64,000 nt of DNA from Patescibacteria group bacterium (GTDB taxonomy: Bacteria; Patescibacteriota; JACPGU01), in assembly GCA_028718745.1 (NCBI GenBank), contig JAQULF010000001.1, positions 31,666 to 95,665 on the forward strand, in the 5' to 3' direction. How positions within the stretch are numbered: position 1 is the first letter of the stretch; every line of letters begins with the position of its first letter. The position numbers and the translations under genes are program-made. A model generated the notes under the pieces. That model ran no database searches. It saw nothing but the letters and a program-made list of their open reading frames with translations, and was not told the origin of the DNA. This document shows, piece after piece, positions 49,258 through 58,712 of the stretch.

Positions 49258-49761
49258 ATGCAGGACTTTATCTCCAAATCCCGTGAACAAACTCAAAAAA
49301 TCGCCACTGATTTTGCGAAAAAATTGAAAGGTGGCGAGGTTTTGTGTTTTTACGGAAATCTGGGAAGCGGAAAAACCACCTTTATTCAAGCACTAGCCAA
49401 AGCGCTGGGAGTGAAAGAAAATGTGACTAGCCCTACATTTGTTTTGATGAAACGGTATTCTCGTAGGGGCGGGGTCACCCCGCCCGAATGGAAAACAGGG
49501 CGCGGGAACCGCGCCCCTACAAATGCAAAAACATTTTTCTATCACATGGACGCCTATCGCCTCAACAGTTCCCAAGAAGCTCTCGATCTTGGCCTCGAAG
49601 AAATCTGGGGTGATAAAAATAACATCATCGCGATCGAATGGGCGGATAAAATTGTTGATATTTTACCAGAAAAAAAGATTGATTTGTGTTTTGCCTGTCC
49701 CGAGCAAAGTCGAGGGGAAAACTTAAGTGAAAATGAGAGAAAAATAAATATTTTTAATTAA
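49258..49761 (+). CDS. tsaE: t6A biosynthesis ATPase TsaE, with two insertions
   Basis: GNLGSGKTTF, VTSPTF, HMDAYRL, IEWAD. Confidence 0.95.
   Translation: MQDFISKSREQTQKIATDFAKKLKGGEVLCFYGNLGSGKTTFIQALAKALGVKENVTSPTFVLMKRYSRRGGVTPPEWKTGRGNRAPTNAKTFFYHMDAYRLNSSQEALDLGLEEIWGDKNNIIAIEWADKIVDILPEKKIDLCFACPEQSRGENLSENERKINIFN
49463..49520. repeat. Inverted GTAG-type REP doublet in-frame in tsaE
   Basis: GTAGGGGCGGGGTCACCCCGCCC ... GGGCGCGGGAACCGCGCCCCTAC. Confidence 0.9.
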
Positions 49762-49765
49762 ACAT

Positions 49766-50653
49766 ATGAAATTTGGAGAAAGAAAATCTATCGAAAACCC
49801 AATAAGTCCCGAAAAAGAAAAGGGGCTTTTGAAAGAAACCACTGTTTATATCAATGCAGGAGGGAGAGGAACGCGTCTCGAATCCATTTTGGAACATGAT
49901 CCTGAAACTGGTATAGCTAAAGCATTGATTGAGATCAAAGGTGTTCCGATTATTAAATTACTTTCTGACAATTTAGTTCATCAAGGGTTTGGGAGTGTGT
50001 TAATCGGAGCTGGCGATCATAAAAAAATCGCCGATCTTTATAAGAATAAAGAAGATGAAGAAAAAGAAAGTAGTAAGGCAAATGTAGATGTGGTAAATTT
50101 TAATGACGAACTGGGTACGGGGGGTGATCTTTTAAGAACAATTAGGCGAGAAAATAATAATATAAAAGAAAATATTCTGGTTCAAAATGTCGATACAGCT
50201 GTTGTTTTTAACGCGGAAAAGCTTTTAGAGCAACACAAAAAAACAGGTGCAAGTGCAACGATTGTTTTAACCAGAAGACAAGGTGTACCGAATAAAGATG
50301 CCTTTCTCATCGGTCACGATAATAAGATATTATTTTCGAAAGAAACCAAGGATCCAAAATATATAATCAAAGAACCGGACCAAGAGATGATTAAATATAA
50401 GGCGAGTAGCACAGGGGTTATCATATTTGATAAAAAAGCCCTGCTAGATTTTGATTGGAGCGAAACCGATGGACCAATTTCAATTTATAATCAGATATTA
50501 GGAAAGTTGATAAAGGATGGCAAGATCTATGCCTATGATAACGGTGAAAACTTCTTTATGGATATAGGTACGCCGGAGAACTATATGAAAGCGGTACAAA
50601 AGCACCCGATTCTTTTTGGGTATATGTATGGTTCAGACTTAAGCAAAAAATAA
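49766..50653 (+). CDS. NTP-transferase (sugar-phosphate nucleotidyltransferase) family protein
   Basis: AGGRGTRL, LGTGG, NVD, FMDIGTPE. Confidence 0.88.
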   Translation: MKFGERKSIENPISPEKEKGLLKETTVYINAGGRGTRLESILEHDPETGIAKALIEIKGVPIIKLLSDNLVHQGFGSVLIGAGDHKKIADLYKNKEDEEKESSKANVDVVNFNDELGTGGDLLRTIRRENNNIKENILVQNVDTAVVFNAEKLLEQHKKTGASATIVLTRRQGVPNKDAFLIGHDNKILFSKETKDPKYIIKEPDQEMIKYKASSTGVIIFDKKALLDFDWSETDGPISIYNQILGKLIKDGKIYAYDNGENFFMDIGTPENYMKAVQKHPILFGYMYGSDLSKK

Positions 50654-50673
50654 TTATTATTAACTATGAATAT

Positions 50674-51210
50674 ATGAATAAAAAAATTGAAAAATGGGAA
50701 GAACTTTCTCGCGAGATTGCCTTCCAGAAGTACAGCAGGAAAATTGAAAAAGTTATTTTTCATTTACCTGACGGGAAAGAAAGTGATTTTTATCTAAAAA
50801 AAGAAGGCCCTGCCGTAGGAATACTGGCACTAACCAAGGATAATCAGGTTATTTTGGTAAGACAATTCCGTCCAGGACCAAACGAAGTTTTGGATGAATT
50901 GCCGGGCGGATATGTAGATGAGAAAGAAACTCCGGAGGAAGCGGCGGAAAGAGAGCTTTTGGAGGAAACCGGATATAAAGGAAAGGCTAGGTTAGTTACA
51001 CAGGCTTACGACTGCGCTTATTCAACTATGAACCGCTATTGCGTTGTAATAACTGACTGCGAGAAGATTGCGGAACAAAAGTTAGAAGAAACAGAGTTTG
51101 CAGAAGTGATACTAACTTCACTAGAAGAATTTAAAAAAATATTACGAAGTGGAAAAAATACAGATATCGAAGTTGGCTATTTGGGACTGGATTACTTAAA
51201 ATTATTATAA
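50674..51210 (+). CDS. NUDIX hydrolase (ADP-ribose pyrophosphatase-like)
   Basis: Nudix box GYVDEKETPEEAAERELLEETG; RQFRP. Confidence 0.92.
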   Translation: MNKKIEKWEELSREIAFQKYSRKIEKVIFHLPDGKESDFYLKKEGPAVGILALTKDNQVILVRQFRPGPNEVLDELPGGYVDEKETPEEAAERELLEETGYKGKARLVTQAYDCAYSTMNRYCVVITDCEKIAEQKLEETEFAEVILTSLEEFKKILRSGKNTDIEVGYLGLDYLKLL

Positions 51211-51217
51211 ATTTAAC

Positions 51218-51979
51218 ATGATATTGTTAATTGATACTACAACCAATCCAACTGCAATCGGACTTTATAATTATAAATTTACCCCGCAAAATGCGGGGGA
51301 TCTTAAGATTAAGATTGTCGAATCAACACCCGAGAATAACCGAAAACTGGTTGGTATTATAAAAAAATTTATAGAAAAAGAATCCGGAGTGACGCACGAT
51401 AGTGCGTCTGGTAAAAATGACAGACTGTCGTCTGTCACTCCGGAATACAACATCGAAGCTGTTGGTGTCATCAACGGCCCCGGAACCTTTACTGGAGTCA
51501 GAACCGGCGTTACAATCGCAAATGCTATGGCTTATGCGCTAAAAGCTCCTTTGTACGCCACAGACACGCTCACAGCCCAAATATCGCCAATGATAAGCGA
51601 CATGGTCTCATTAGTTTCTGCTTCAAATAGCGAGGTTTATTTTGCGCGATTTAAGAAGGGAAAAATGCAAAAAGGAATTTACCCCGTCCCGAATGGGCGG
51701 GGAATCGAACTGGTTGAAACAATGAATTTACCAAATCGATTAAATGATAGCGATATTATCGTTGGCGATTTGCAAGAAAAACATTGCGGATTGATCACAA
51801 AACAGGAGTTTGCCACAAAAAATTCCGCCGATCGAATTAAAATCCTGCTCGATCTGATTTTATGCAAAAAAATAAATCCCAAAGGGACCCCTTCGGGGCC
51901 CGCAAAACAGGTTTTACCCCTTTATATCAAAAAACCGAATATCACCCACCCTCGCTCAATCTCTTCAAGAAATAGGTGA
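51218..51979 (+). CDS. tsaB: t6A biosynthesis protein TsaB, with several palindromic insertions
   Basis: ILLIDTT, GPGTFTGVRTG, EVYFA, PLYI. Confidence 0.9.
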   Translation: MILLIDTTTNPTAIGLYNYKFTPQNAGDLKIKIVESTPENNRKLVGIIKKFIEKESGVTHDSASGKNDRLSSVTPEYNIEAVGVINGPGTFTGVRTGVTIANAMAYALKAPLYATDTLTAQISPMISDMVSLVSASNSEVYFARFKKGKMQKGIYPVPNGRGIELVETMNLPNRLNDSDIIVGDLQEKHCGLITKQEFATKNSADRIKILLDLILCKKINPKGTPSGPAKQVLPLYIKKPNITHPRSISSRNR

Positions 51980-52036
51980 TTATTCCTCTTCTTGAACTAG
52001 ATTTCGCTCTTGGCGGGCAGGCTACAAAAAAAATGA

Positions 52037-52510
52037 TTAAGCCGCTTTTTCTCTGCGCAATTTTTCAAAATCTATATTGCTTCGATCTAATCCATATTTA
52101 TCCAAGATCTCATCTTGTTCTTTAAAATCATCTATACCGCTAGCATGAGCAAATTGCTCCATTTTTGCTTGTTTATCTTTTGCTGCTTGTATCTGCCAGT
52201 CCAGCAATCCATTATTCTTTTTTGCTAAATCTTCTAATTTTATTTTTAAAAGGGCGGGCAACAAATAAAGATGTTCTTGAGATAATAAATTTATTTCATT
52301 TTTTAAACTCCATTCCATAGCATCGTAAGCCCTTATCTGTAAATCTCTTTTTTCGTTCTCAAAATCATCGGGCGATTTTTCCTCTTCTGTTGACAAACTA
52401 AATCCTTTTTTTTCTTTCCTTACCGCAACAAAGTTTTCCAAACTGCTCAAGGCTTTTTTTGGATCTGGTTTATGGGTTTCAACCCCCTCAATGTTTTCGT
52501 TATAGCTCAT
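52037..52510 (-). CDS. Hypothetical protein
   Basis: 157-aa charged ORF downstream of trpS. Confidence 0.65.
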   Translation of the reverse strand: MSYNENIEGVETHKPDPKKALSSLENFVAVRKEKKGFSLSTEEEKSPDDFENEKRDLQIRAYDAMEWSLKNEINLLSQEHLYLLPALLKIKLEDLAKKNNGLLDWQIQAAKDKQAKMEQFAHASGIDDFKEQDEILDKYGLDRSNIDFEKLRREKAA

Positions 52511-52537
52511 TTTATTTTTCTTATTTTTTATACCTGC

Positions 52538-53482
52538 TTATTTTAATCCGACTTTTTTTCTCACCTCAATCATTTTTTTACTCGCAATCGCTCGCGCTTT
52601 TTCTGCGCCTTTTGCTAAAATTTTCTCAATTTCTTTGTCTTTTTTCAACCATTCTTTTCTCTTTGCGCGAAAATCAGCGAAATGATCGGCGATTGCGGTA
52701 GCTAAATCAGTTTTCAACTTTAAATTGTTATCTTTATAATTCGCTTTATTAAATTCGGAAATGAAAATCTCTCCAAGCTTGTATAGATTTTCTAAGCCTA
52801 CCTTATCGGCCACGGCCTTTTTAATCTTTTCCATTATCTCTTCCGGTTCATCGGAAAGAAAAATACAAGATTTCTCACCATCCGACTTGCTCATTTTTTT
52901 ATCCGGATGAGTTAGCGACATCACTTTGGGAATATTGGTTAGTTTCGGCTGTGGCTCTTTGAAGGTTTTGCCAAACTTGTTATTAAAAAAGCGCGCTATA
53001 TCACGAGATAATTCAACATGTTGGACTTGATCCACACCAACCGGCACAAAATCCGCATCATAAAGCAAAATATCAGCAGCCTGAAGAACGGGATAATCCA
53101 TCAAGCCCATATTTATATTTTTAACATTTTTAGCAGCCTTATCTTTGTATTGAGTCATCCTTTCAAGAAAAGAAACCGGGGTGATACAATTGAAAATCCA
53201 GGCTAACTCACTGTGTTCCGAAATATCAGATTGAGTAAAAAACACGCATTTCTCCGGATCAACACCTAGGCAAATAGCATCCACTGTCATTTCAAAAATT
53301 TCTTTCCTTTTGTTTTCAGCGCTATAATCATCGCGCAATTCGGTAAGGGAATGAAGATCGGCAATGAATATATGAGCATCATAATCTTCAATATAGCCCT
53401 TCAATCCTTGGAGCAAACCTAAAAAATGGCCGATATGCAGTTTCCCTGATGGCTTTAATCCTGTTAAAATAGTCTTTTTCAT
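52538..53482 (-). CDS. trpS: Tryptophan--tRNA ligase
   Basis: TGLKPSG.LHIGH, YPVLQAADI, VPVGVDQ, KMSKS. Confidence 0.97.
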   Translation of the reverse strand: MKKTILTGLKPSGKLHIGHFLGLLQGLKGYIEDYDAHIFIADLHSLTELRDDYSAENKRKEIFEMTVDAICLGVDPEKCVFFTQSDISEHSELAWIFNCITPVSFLERMTQYKDKAAKNVKNINMGLMDYPVLQAADILLYDADFVPVGVDQVQHVELSRDIARFFNNKFGKTFKEPQPKLTNIPKVMSLTHPDKKMSKSDGEKSCIFLSDEPEEIMEKIKKAVADKVGLENLYKLGEIFISEFNKANYKDNNLKLKTDLATAIADHFADFRAKRKEWLKKDKEIEKILAKGAEKARAIASKKMIEVRKKVGLK

Positions 53483-53501
53483 AAAAAAATGATAAATAAT
53501 T

Positions 53502-53578
53502 ATGAATAAATGACTAAAAGATTAAATGATTGAAAAAACTGAAATTATAGTCCTTTATTCATTTAATCATTTATTCAT
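53502..53578. repeat. ATGAATAA-unit inverted array
   Basis: 12-bp terminal inverted repeat ATGAATAAATGA/TCATTTATTCAT. Confidence 0.85.
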
Positions 53579-53673
53579 GACGATCTTTTCTAATTCTATT
53601 CTAAATCCCCTAAAACATCAACTCTTTGTAAAAAAACTAGCATTCTTACCATTTTTTTGCTATAATACTTCTT

Positions 53674-54600
53674 ATGAAAATAAAGAATTTAGAGGAATCC
53701 ATTCTTTTTACTATTTCCTATTTTGATGTTTTTGAATACCCCTTAACCTCTTTTGAGATTTGGCGCTATCTTTTTAATTTCAACGCCGAATTGGAAGAAG
53801 TGATTTTGAAAATGGACGAACTAATCCGACACGGAAAAATTGAAATGAAAAATGGTTTTTATTTTTTACCTGAAAGAAGTGACTTAGTTGAAAAGAGACA
53901 GGACAAATATGACATTTCCGAAAAGTTTTGGGATAGAGCAGTTTTAGCTGCAAAAATTTTATCCTATCTGCCTTTTATAAAAATGATTTCGGTCGTCAAT
54001 TCATTAGCGTTTTTTAACTGCGATAAAAATAGCGATATCGATTTTTTTATCATCACCGAGAAAAATAAAATTTGGACGGCCCGAGCGCTGTCCAGCATCT
54101 TATTGCACATTCTAGGACTTCGACGACACGGTCGGAAAGTAGCTAAAAGAATCTGCTTGAGCTTTTATATCTCGGAAGAAAAAATGAATCTAAAATATAT
54201 TGCCAATGATAGTCTGGGATTTTTTGTGGCTTATTGGATCGGGCAGTGTACACCGATTGTAAATGTCGGAAAAACTTATCAAACATACAGATCTCAAAAT
54301 TCTTGGATTTACCAATATCTGCCCAATGTCGGGGGCAATATAACCAACTATTATATAAATTTCAGGAAGCCTCTGCTGGCTGATTTTACGAAAAAAGTAC
54401 TAGCTTCTATTTTGCAGTCAGATTTTTTTGAGAGAACAGCCCGATCCATTCAAATTAAAAAGATAGAAAAGAGCCAAGAAAAAAGAGGAAGCCCTAATTC
54501 TGTGATTTTCAACGATTTGATGCTGAAATTCCATCCGGTTGATTTGAGAATTGAATATAAGAAAAAATTAGTCGAGAAATTAAAGAAGGTATTAAAATAA
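53674..54600 (+). CDS. Pol-beta-type nucleotidyltransferase-like conserved protein
   Basis: YFDVFEYPLT, NSLA..SDIDFFII, ICLSFY, LKFHP. Confidence 0.78.
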   Translation: MKIKNLEESILFTISYFDVFEYPLTSFEIWRYLFNFNAELEEVILKMDELIRHGKIEMKNGFYFLPERSDLVEKRQDKYDISEKFWDRAVLAAKILSYLPFIKMISVVNSLAFFNCDKNSDIDFFIITEKNKIWTARALSSILLHILGLRRHGRKVAKRICLSFYISEEKMNLKYIANDSLGFFVAYWIGQCTPIVNVGKTYQTYRSQNSWIYQYLPNVGGNITNYYINFRKPLLADFTKKVLASILQSDFFERTARSIQIKKIEKSQEKRGSPNSVIFNDLMLKFHPVDLRIEYKKKLVEKLKKVLK

Positions 54601-54615
54601 GTTTGAATAAAAAAA

Positions 54616-55155
54616 TTATAAAGGATTTGCAGTATTTAGGAGACGATTTAAAACTCCTATTTTTCTTTGCAAACTTGCTTTAATAATGGCATCTCGAATA
54701 ATTATTTTTCCCGGAAGGATAGAAAGAATTCGTTCTGAACTGATTATTCTTCTTTCGGAGTAAAATCTTTTTTTAACTACCAAAGTCAAAATATTTTGAA
54801 ATTGCGTATCAAAAAGAAAGTCCTCCAAAATTCCCAGTTTTTGACCATTTTGAGTCAAAACTTGGCTTCCCAGCAACGGCACTTTTTTATCCAAAATGTC
54901 TTTTATTTTGAATACTTCTAGGACTTCAACGATGCTGTCGCGATCTTTTACCAGCACTCCATCAGCATAAAATTCGACAATATCTTTGAATGTAACGACA
55001 CGGTTCCTCCCCCAAAAAAACTGCTTTTTAATTAAAAGCGCTAATACTTTGCCATTTTCCGGATCAACTATAATATCCTTGATGGCATCCAATTTCTTGC
55101 CAGCAATTGATTCAATTATAGGCAATCCGATTATTTTTCTAGCATGTAGTAACAT
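54616..55155 (-). CDS. Double PRC-barrel protein
   Basis: IIGLPI..IKDIIVDPENGKV; VLTQNGQKLGILEDF. Confidence 0.85.
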   Translation of the reverse strand: MLLHARKIIGLPIIESIAGKKLDAIKDIIVDPENGKVLALLIKKQFFWGRNRVVTFKDIVEFYADGVLVKDRDSIVEVLEVFKIKDILDKKVPLLGSQVLTQNGQKLGILEDFLFDTQFQNILTLVVKKRFYSERRIISSERILSILPGKIIIRDAIIKASLQRKIGVLNRLLNTANPL

Positions 55156-55928
55156 GGTAACATTTTAAATTTTAAATTAAAAAGAAATTCTTTATTTCCT
55201 TTCGCCCCCAAAATAGGTGACTCAACCTCTCCTAAAACTTCGAATCCATTTTCCTCGCACCATTTCCTAAAATCTTCTAATAACTTCTGATGAATCTTCG
55301 GATCCTTAATCACTCCCTTTATCTTGTCGACAATACTTTTCCCGGCTTCAAATTGTGGTTTGAAAAGAATGACAATTTCAGGAGCGTTGGCTCCATGCTC
55401 CTGCGTGGAGCCTGAATGTACAATATTCTTAATCACCGGCAAAATCTTTTTTAAAGAAATAAATGACACATCAATTACAAATAGATCTATTTTTTCCGGC
55501 AAGCTTTCTAAATATCTAAAATTTACTCCTTCCATCACCACTACTCTTGGATCATTTCTTAAGCGCCAATCTAATTGTCCTTTGCCCACATCGATAGCAT
55601 AAACTTTTTCAGCTCCGTTTTGCAAGGCAAAATCCGTAAACCCGCCGGTAGAAGAACCGATGTCGGCCACTATTTTGTTTTTGAAATTTAATTTGAAAGC
55701 TTTCGCCGCCGCTTCTAATTTTTCGGCGCCTCTGCCCACATATTTTGAGGTTTCCAAAATACCAATTTTAGCATCTTCGTCGAACTTTGATCCCGGCTTG
55801 GTTTCTTTTTTATCATCAACTAAAACCTGCCCGGCCATAATTAAGGCTTGAGCCTTTTCGCGAGAATCCGTTAATTTCCTTTCAAAGAGAAGTAGATCGA
55901 GGCGTTTTTTAAAAGCTTTTTTCATCAT
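55131..55928 (-). CDS. tlyA: TlyA family rRNA methyltransferase
   Basis: S4 domain RLD..SREKAQ, DIGSSTGGFTD, DVSFISL, KPQFE, GNKEF. Confidence 0.95.
   Translation of the reverse strand: MMKKAFKKRLDLLLFERKLTDSREKAQALIMAGQVLVDDKKETKPGSKFDEDAKIGILETSKYVGRGAEKLEAAAKAFKLNFKNKIVADIGSSTGGFTDFALQNGAEKVYAIDVGKGQLDWRLRNDPRVVVMEGVNFRYLESLPEKIDLFVIDVSFISLKKILPVIKNIVHSGSTQEHGANAPEIVILFKPQFEAGKSIVDKIKGVIKDPKIHQKLLEDFRKWCEENGFEVLGEVESPILGAKGNKEFLFNLKFKMLPCYYMLEK
55384..55412. repeat. REP-like palindrome in-frame in tlyA, identical to 9336-9364
   Basis: GCGTTGGCTCCATGCTCCTGCGTGGAGCC at both positions. Confidence 0.93.
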
Positions 55929-55955
55929 TATCTATTATATAGCCACCGGTAAACT

Positions 55956-57146
55956 TTATTTTTCTAATTTAGTTTTTTGTAAAATAAAATCCGATATTAT
56001 CTTTATACACCAGCCTAAAATTATAAATACGACTAGATATAAAGCTGTTGCAAGCCAGGCCGGAAGATTTTTATAGAAAATATCATAGTGATACATCAAT
56101 GGCCAATGAATAAGGTAGGCTTCGTAGCTATATAGTCCAAATAAGCTGAATAATCGAAATTCGACCCGCTTTACTATAAATAAAGCCACTATCGCCGACA
56201 TCGTTATCGCGCTAATAATCCAGACTTTATCCATATTTTCATATCCGGAATAATAAGAAAAATACAATACTATCAACCCCAGAATAGCCATAAAGAAATA
56301 TCGCAGCGTGCGTTTCAGGTGCTTTGATAGGGTTCTAAAAAAACTGGTTTTCTTTATCGTTTTAAGAGATCTTCTTACTTGAGCAAAATGCAATTTATCC
56401 AGTCGCTTGTTGGCGACTTCCAAAAAAGCTCTCCACATAATATGCCGTTTTTCCAAAAGCCAGCCCATAAAAACACCAAAAGGAAAGGCAAATATATGGA
56501 CATAGTAAAGATTTATAACCCCGGAGAGTATTTCCGGTCTCCACATCCTAGTTACCGCATAGCCGACACCGTAAAGCGCGACCATGGCTATCCAGGGTTG
56601 TTTTTTGGAAAATACCAGCGGAAATAGTAGGTAGTAGGCAAAGATAATCGTAAAATACCAGAGAGGGGAATCCAGGTCTTTGTAGATATCGGCGCTTGGG
56701 AAAAATCCTACGAAAGAATGCCAGATGTATTGCCAAGAATAAGTTTCTTTCAAAACTAAAAAGCTCACCAAGAAAAGTAGTGCTAAAACAATCCAAAAAG
56801 GCGCTAATAATTTTGGCAACCTCTTATGGTAAAATCCCAATATTGAAGTGCTTTTTTTGATATAAACGCTGGTAGTAATACCATATCCCGATAAGAAGAA
56901 AAACATGTCTACCGCCACACCGGCCAGGATAGATAGGGGAAAAAGGAAGCGAGTATCGGTAGCTAAAAAATAACCAATATGAGAAAAGACAATTGCCAAA
57001 ACAGCAAATCCTTTCAGCTCTTGCGTTAATGATACCGGAAATAAGTGTTTGGGATTTTTCCGTCTAATAGAAACAATTAAAGCAACCAGAAATATAGTTG
57101 CAAAAATCCAGGTAGATTGAATCGGATCATGAATAAAAACTTTCAT
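55956..57146 (-). CDS. Acyltransferase family 3 membrane protein
   Basis: LKGFAVLAIVFSH, VDMFFFLSGYG, LWYF, YSYEAYLIH. Confidence 0.9.
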   Translation of the reverse strand: MKVFIHDPIQSTWIFATIFLVALIVSIRRKNPKHLFPVSLTQELKGFAVLAIVFSHIGYFLATDTRFLFPLSILAGVAVDMFFFLSGYGITTSVYIKKSTSILGFYHKRLPKLLAPFWIVLALLFLVSFLVLKETYSWQYIWHSFVGFFPSADIYKDLDSPLWYFTIIFAYYLLFPLVFSKKQPWIAMVALYGVGYAVTRMWRPEILSGVINLYYVHIFAFPFGVFMGWLLEKRHIMWRAFLEVANKRLDKLHFAQVRRSLKTIKKTSFFRTLSKHLKRTLRYFFMAILGLIVLYFSYYSGYENMDKVWIISAITMSAIVALFIVKRVEFRLFSLFGLYSYEAYLIHWPLMYHYDIFYKNLPAWLATALYLVVFIILGWCIKIISDFILQKTKLEK

Positions 57147-57287
57147 AAATATATTATATCCGAATCGCTACAAATTTAAAATCCAAATTTTTATCAGGCT
57201 CCGCCTGATCACGCGTAGCGTAACAAAAAAGATGCGACAAATCGCATCCCTACCTACTACTTACTTGCTTACTACTTACTACTTATT

Positions 57288-57851
57288 CTATGCGCGCTCT
57301 ACATATTCTCCGGTACTGGTATTTATTTTAATCACATCTCCTTCATTTATAAATGCCGGAACATTAAGCTTATAGCCGGTTTCAAGAACAGCCGGCTTTT
57401 TCACATCACTCGCGGTAGCTGACTTAATGCTTGGTTCCGTATCAGTAACTTTGAGAGCTACTTTTGCCGGCAGGTCTACTGTCAAAGGAACTTCTTTGTA
57501 AAGCATTATTTCCACTTCCATACCTTCTTTGAGAAATCCTCCCTTATCACCGAGAATGTTTTCCTTAATTTCAAATTGTTCAAAGGTCGCATTATCCATA
57601 AAAGTATATTGATCGCCTTGCTTGAAAAGAAACTGGGTCTTTCTTTTTTCCAAGTCGATGCCGTTAATTGTGTCCCGATCGCGAAAGACAACTTCAAAAA
57701 CATTGCCGACTGCAAGATTACGCAATCGAGTCGTCATAAATCCTTTCGATTGACTGGAACGGGAAAAATTAGCAGAGATCACTTCATGAGGAGCTCCGTT
57801 ATAGTCAATTTTAACACCGGGTTTTAGGTCGGTCATTTGCATATCGTTCAT
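57288..57851 (-). CDS. efp: Elongation factor P
   Basis: DLKPG, FMDNATFEQ, KPAVLETG..VPAFINEGD..GEYVER. Confidence 0.95.
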   Translation of the reverse strand: MNDMQMTDLKPGVKIDYNGAPHEVISANFSRSSQSKGFMTTRLRNLAVGNVFEVVFRDRDTINGIDLEKRKTQFLFKQGDQYTFMDNATFEQFEIKENILGDKGGFLKEGMEVEIMLYKEVPLTVDLPAKVALKVTDTEPSIKSATASDVKKPAVLETGYKLNVPAFINEGDVIKINTSTGEYVERA

Positions 57852-57932
57852 TCTCCCTAATTATCCCTAATTACTCCCAAATTTTCCGAATCCTCTTCGG
57901 GATATTCGGGTTTTATTTGGGATCATTCGTGA
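57852..57932. repeat. Inverted array of degenerate TCCCTAAT units
   Basis: TCTCCCTAATTATCCCTAATTACTCCCAAAT...ATTCGGG..ATTTGGGA. Confidence 0.65.
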
Positions 57933-57937
57933 TTTAT

Positions 57938-58144
57938 TTATTTGTTCACAAATGGCAACAAAGCCAAATGTCTCGCTCGCTTAATCGCTTGAGCTAATCT
58001 TCTTTGGTGGAAAGCGCAAGCGCCGGTGCGTCGGCGAGTCTCAATTTTTCCAAAAAAAGACAGGTGGCGTTTCAATGAATCCACTTGCTTGTAATCAATT
58101 TCTTTTATGCCTTTTGAGCAATAAACACAGATTTTATTTTTCAT
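57938..58144 (-). CDS. rpsR: 30S ribosomal protein S18 (C+ zinc-binding type)
   Basis: CVYC, IDYK, GKI..RRRTGAC..HQR..AIKRAR.LALLPF. Confidence 0.96.
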   Translation of the reverse strand: MKNKICVYCSKGIKEIDYKQVDSLKRHLSFFGKIETRRRTGACAFHQRRLAQAIKRARHLALLPFVNK

Positions 58145-58167
58145 GCGTCCAAATTTAATTTCTAAAT

Positions 58168-58647
58168 CTAAAATGGTATATCATCTAAACTTATTTCTCC
58201 TTCACCTGCTATCTCATTACTAATCGGTGGTGCCATATCCGATGAAACGGGAGCCGAGCCCATTCCCATGCCACCAGATGAAGGGGCTGCAGAACCGCCT
58301 CCCTGACTCCATTCTTTTGGTTTGTCCAATACCAATACATTTTCCGCTACAATCTCTGTTTTCTGTCTCTTTACCCCATCTTGACCTTCCCAAGTCCTGG
58401 TTTGAATACGGCCTTCAACATAAGCCTTTCTTCCTTTGGATAGTATCTGACTGCAGATTTCAGCTAATTTGCCCCAAGTGACTATTTCATGATATTCTAC
58501 CGCATCCTTTTTTTCTCCGGTATTGTCCACCCAAGATCTGTTGGTCGCCACCGCAAAAGATGCTACGGCTTGACCATTTGGAGTATAACGAAGCTCCGGA
58601 TCACGAGTTAGGTTCCCAATAATTGTTGCGCGATTTAAGCTTAACAT
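58168..58647 (-). CDS. ssb: Single-stranded DNA-binding protein
   Basis: IGNLTRDPELRYT, VEGRIQTRTW, C-terminal DDIPF. Confidence 0.97.
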   Translation of the reverse strand: MLSLNRATIIGNLTRDPELRYTPNGQAVASFAVATNRSWVDNTGEKKDAVEYHEIVTWGKLAEICSQILSKGRKAYVEGRIQTRTWEGQDGVKRQKTEIVAENVLVLDKPKEWSQGGGSAAPSSGGMGMGSAPVSSDMAPPISNEIAGEGEISLDDIPF

Positions 58648-58712
58648 AATGGCCCCTTTCTAAAAAATTATTTTTATATTAATTGGATTGTTGCTTTCTT
58701 GTTTCCTTGTCT

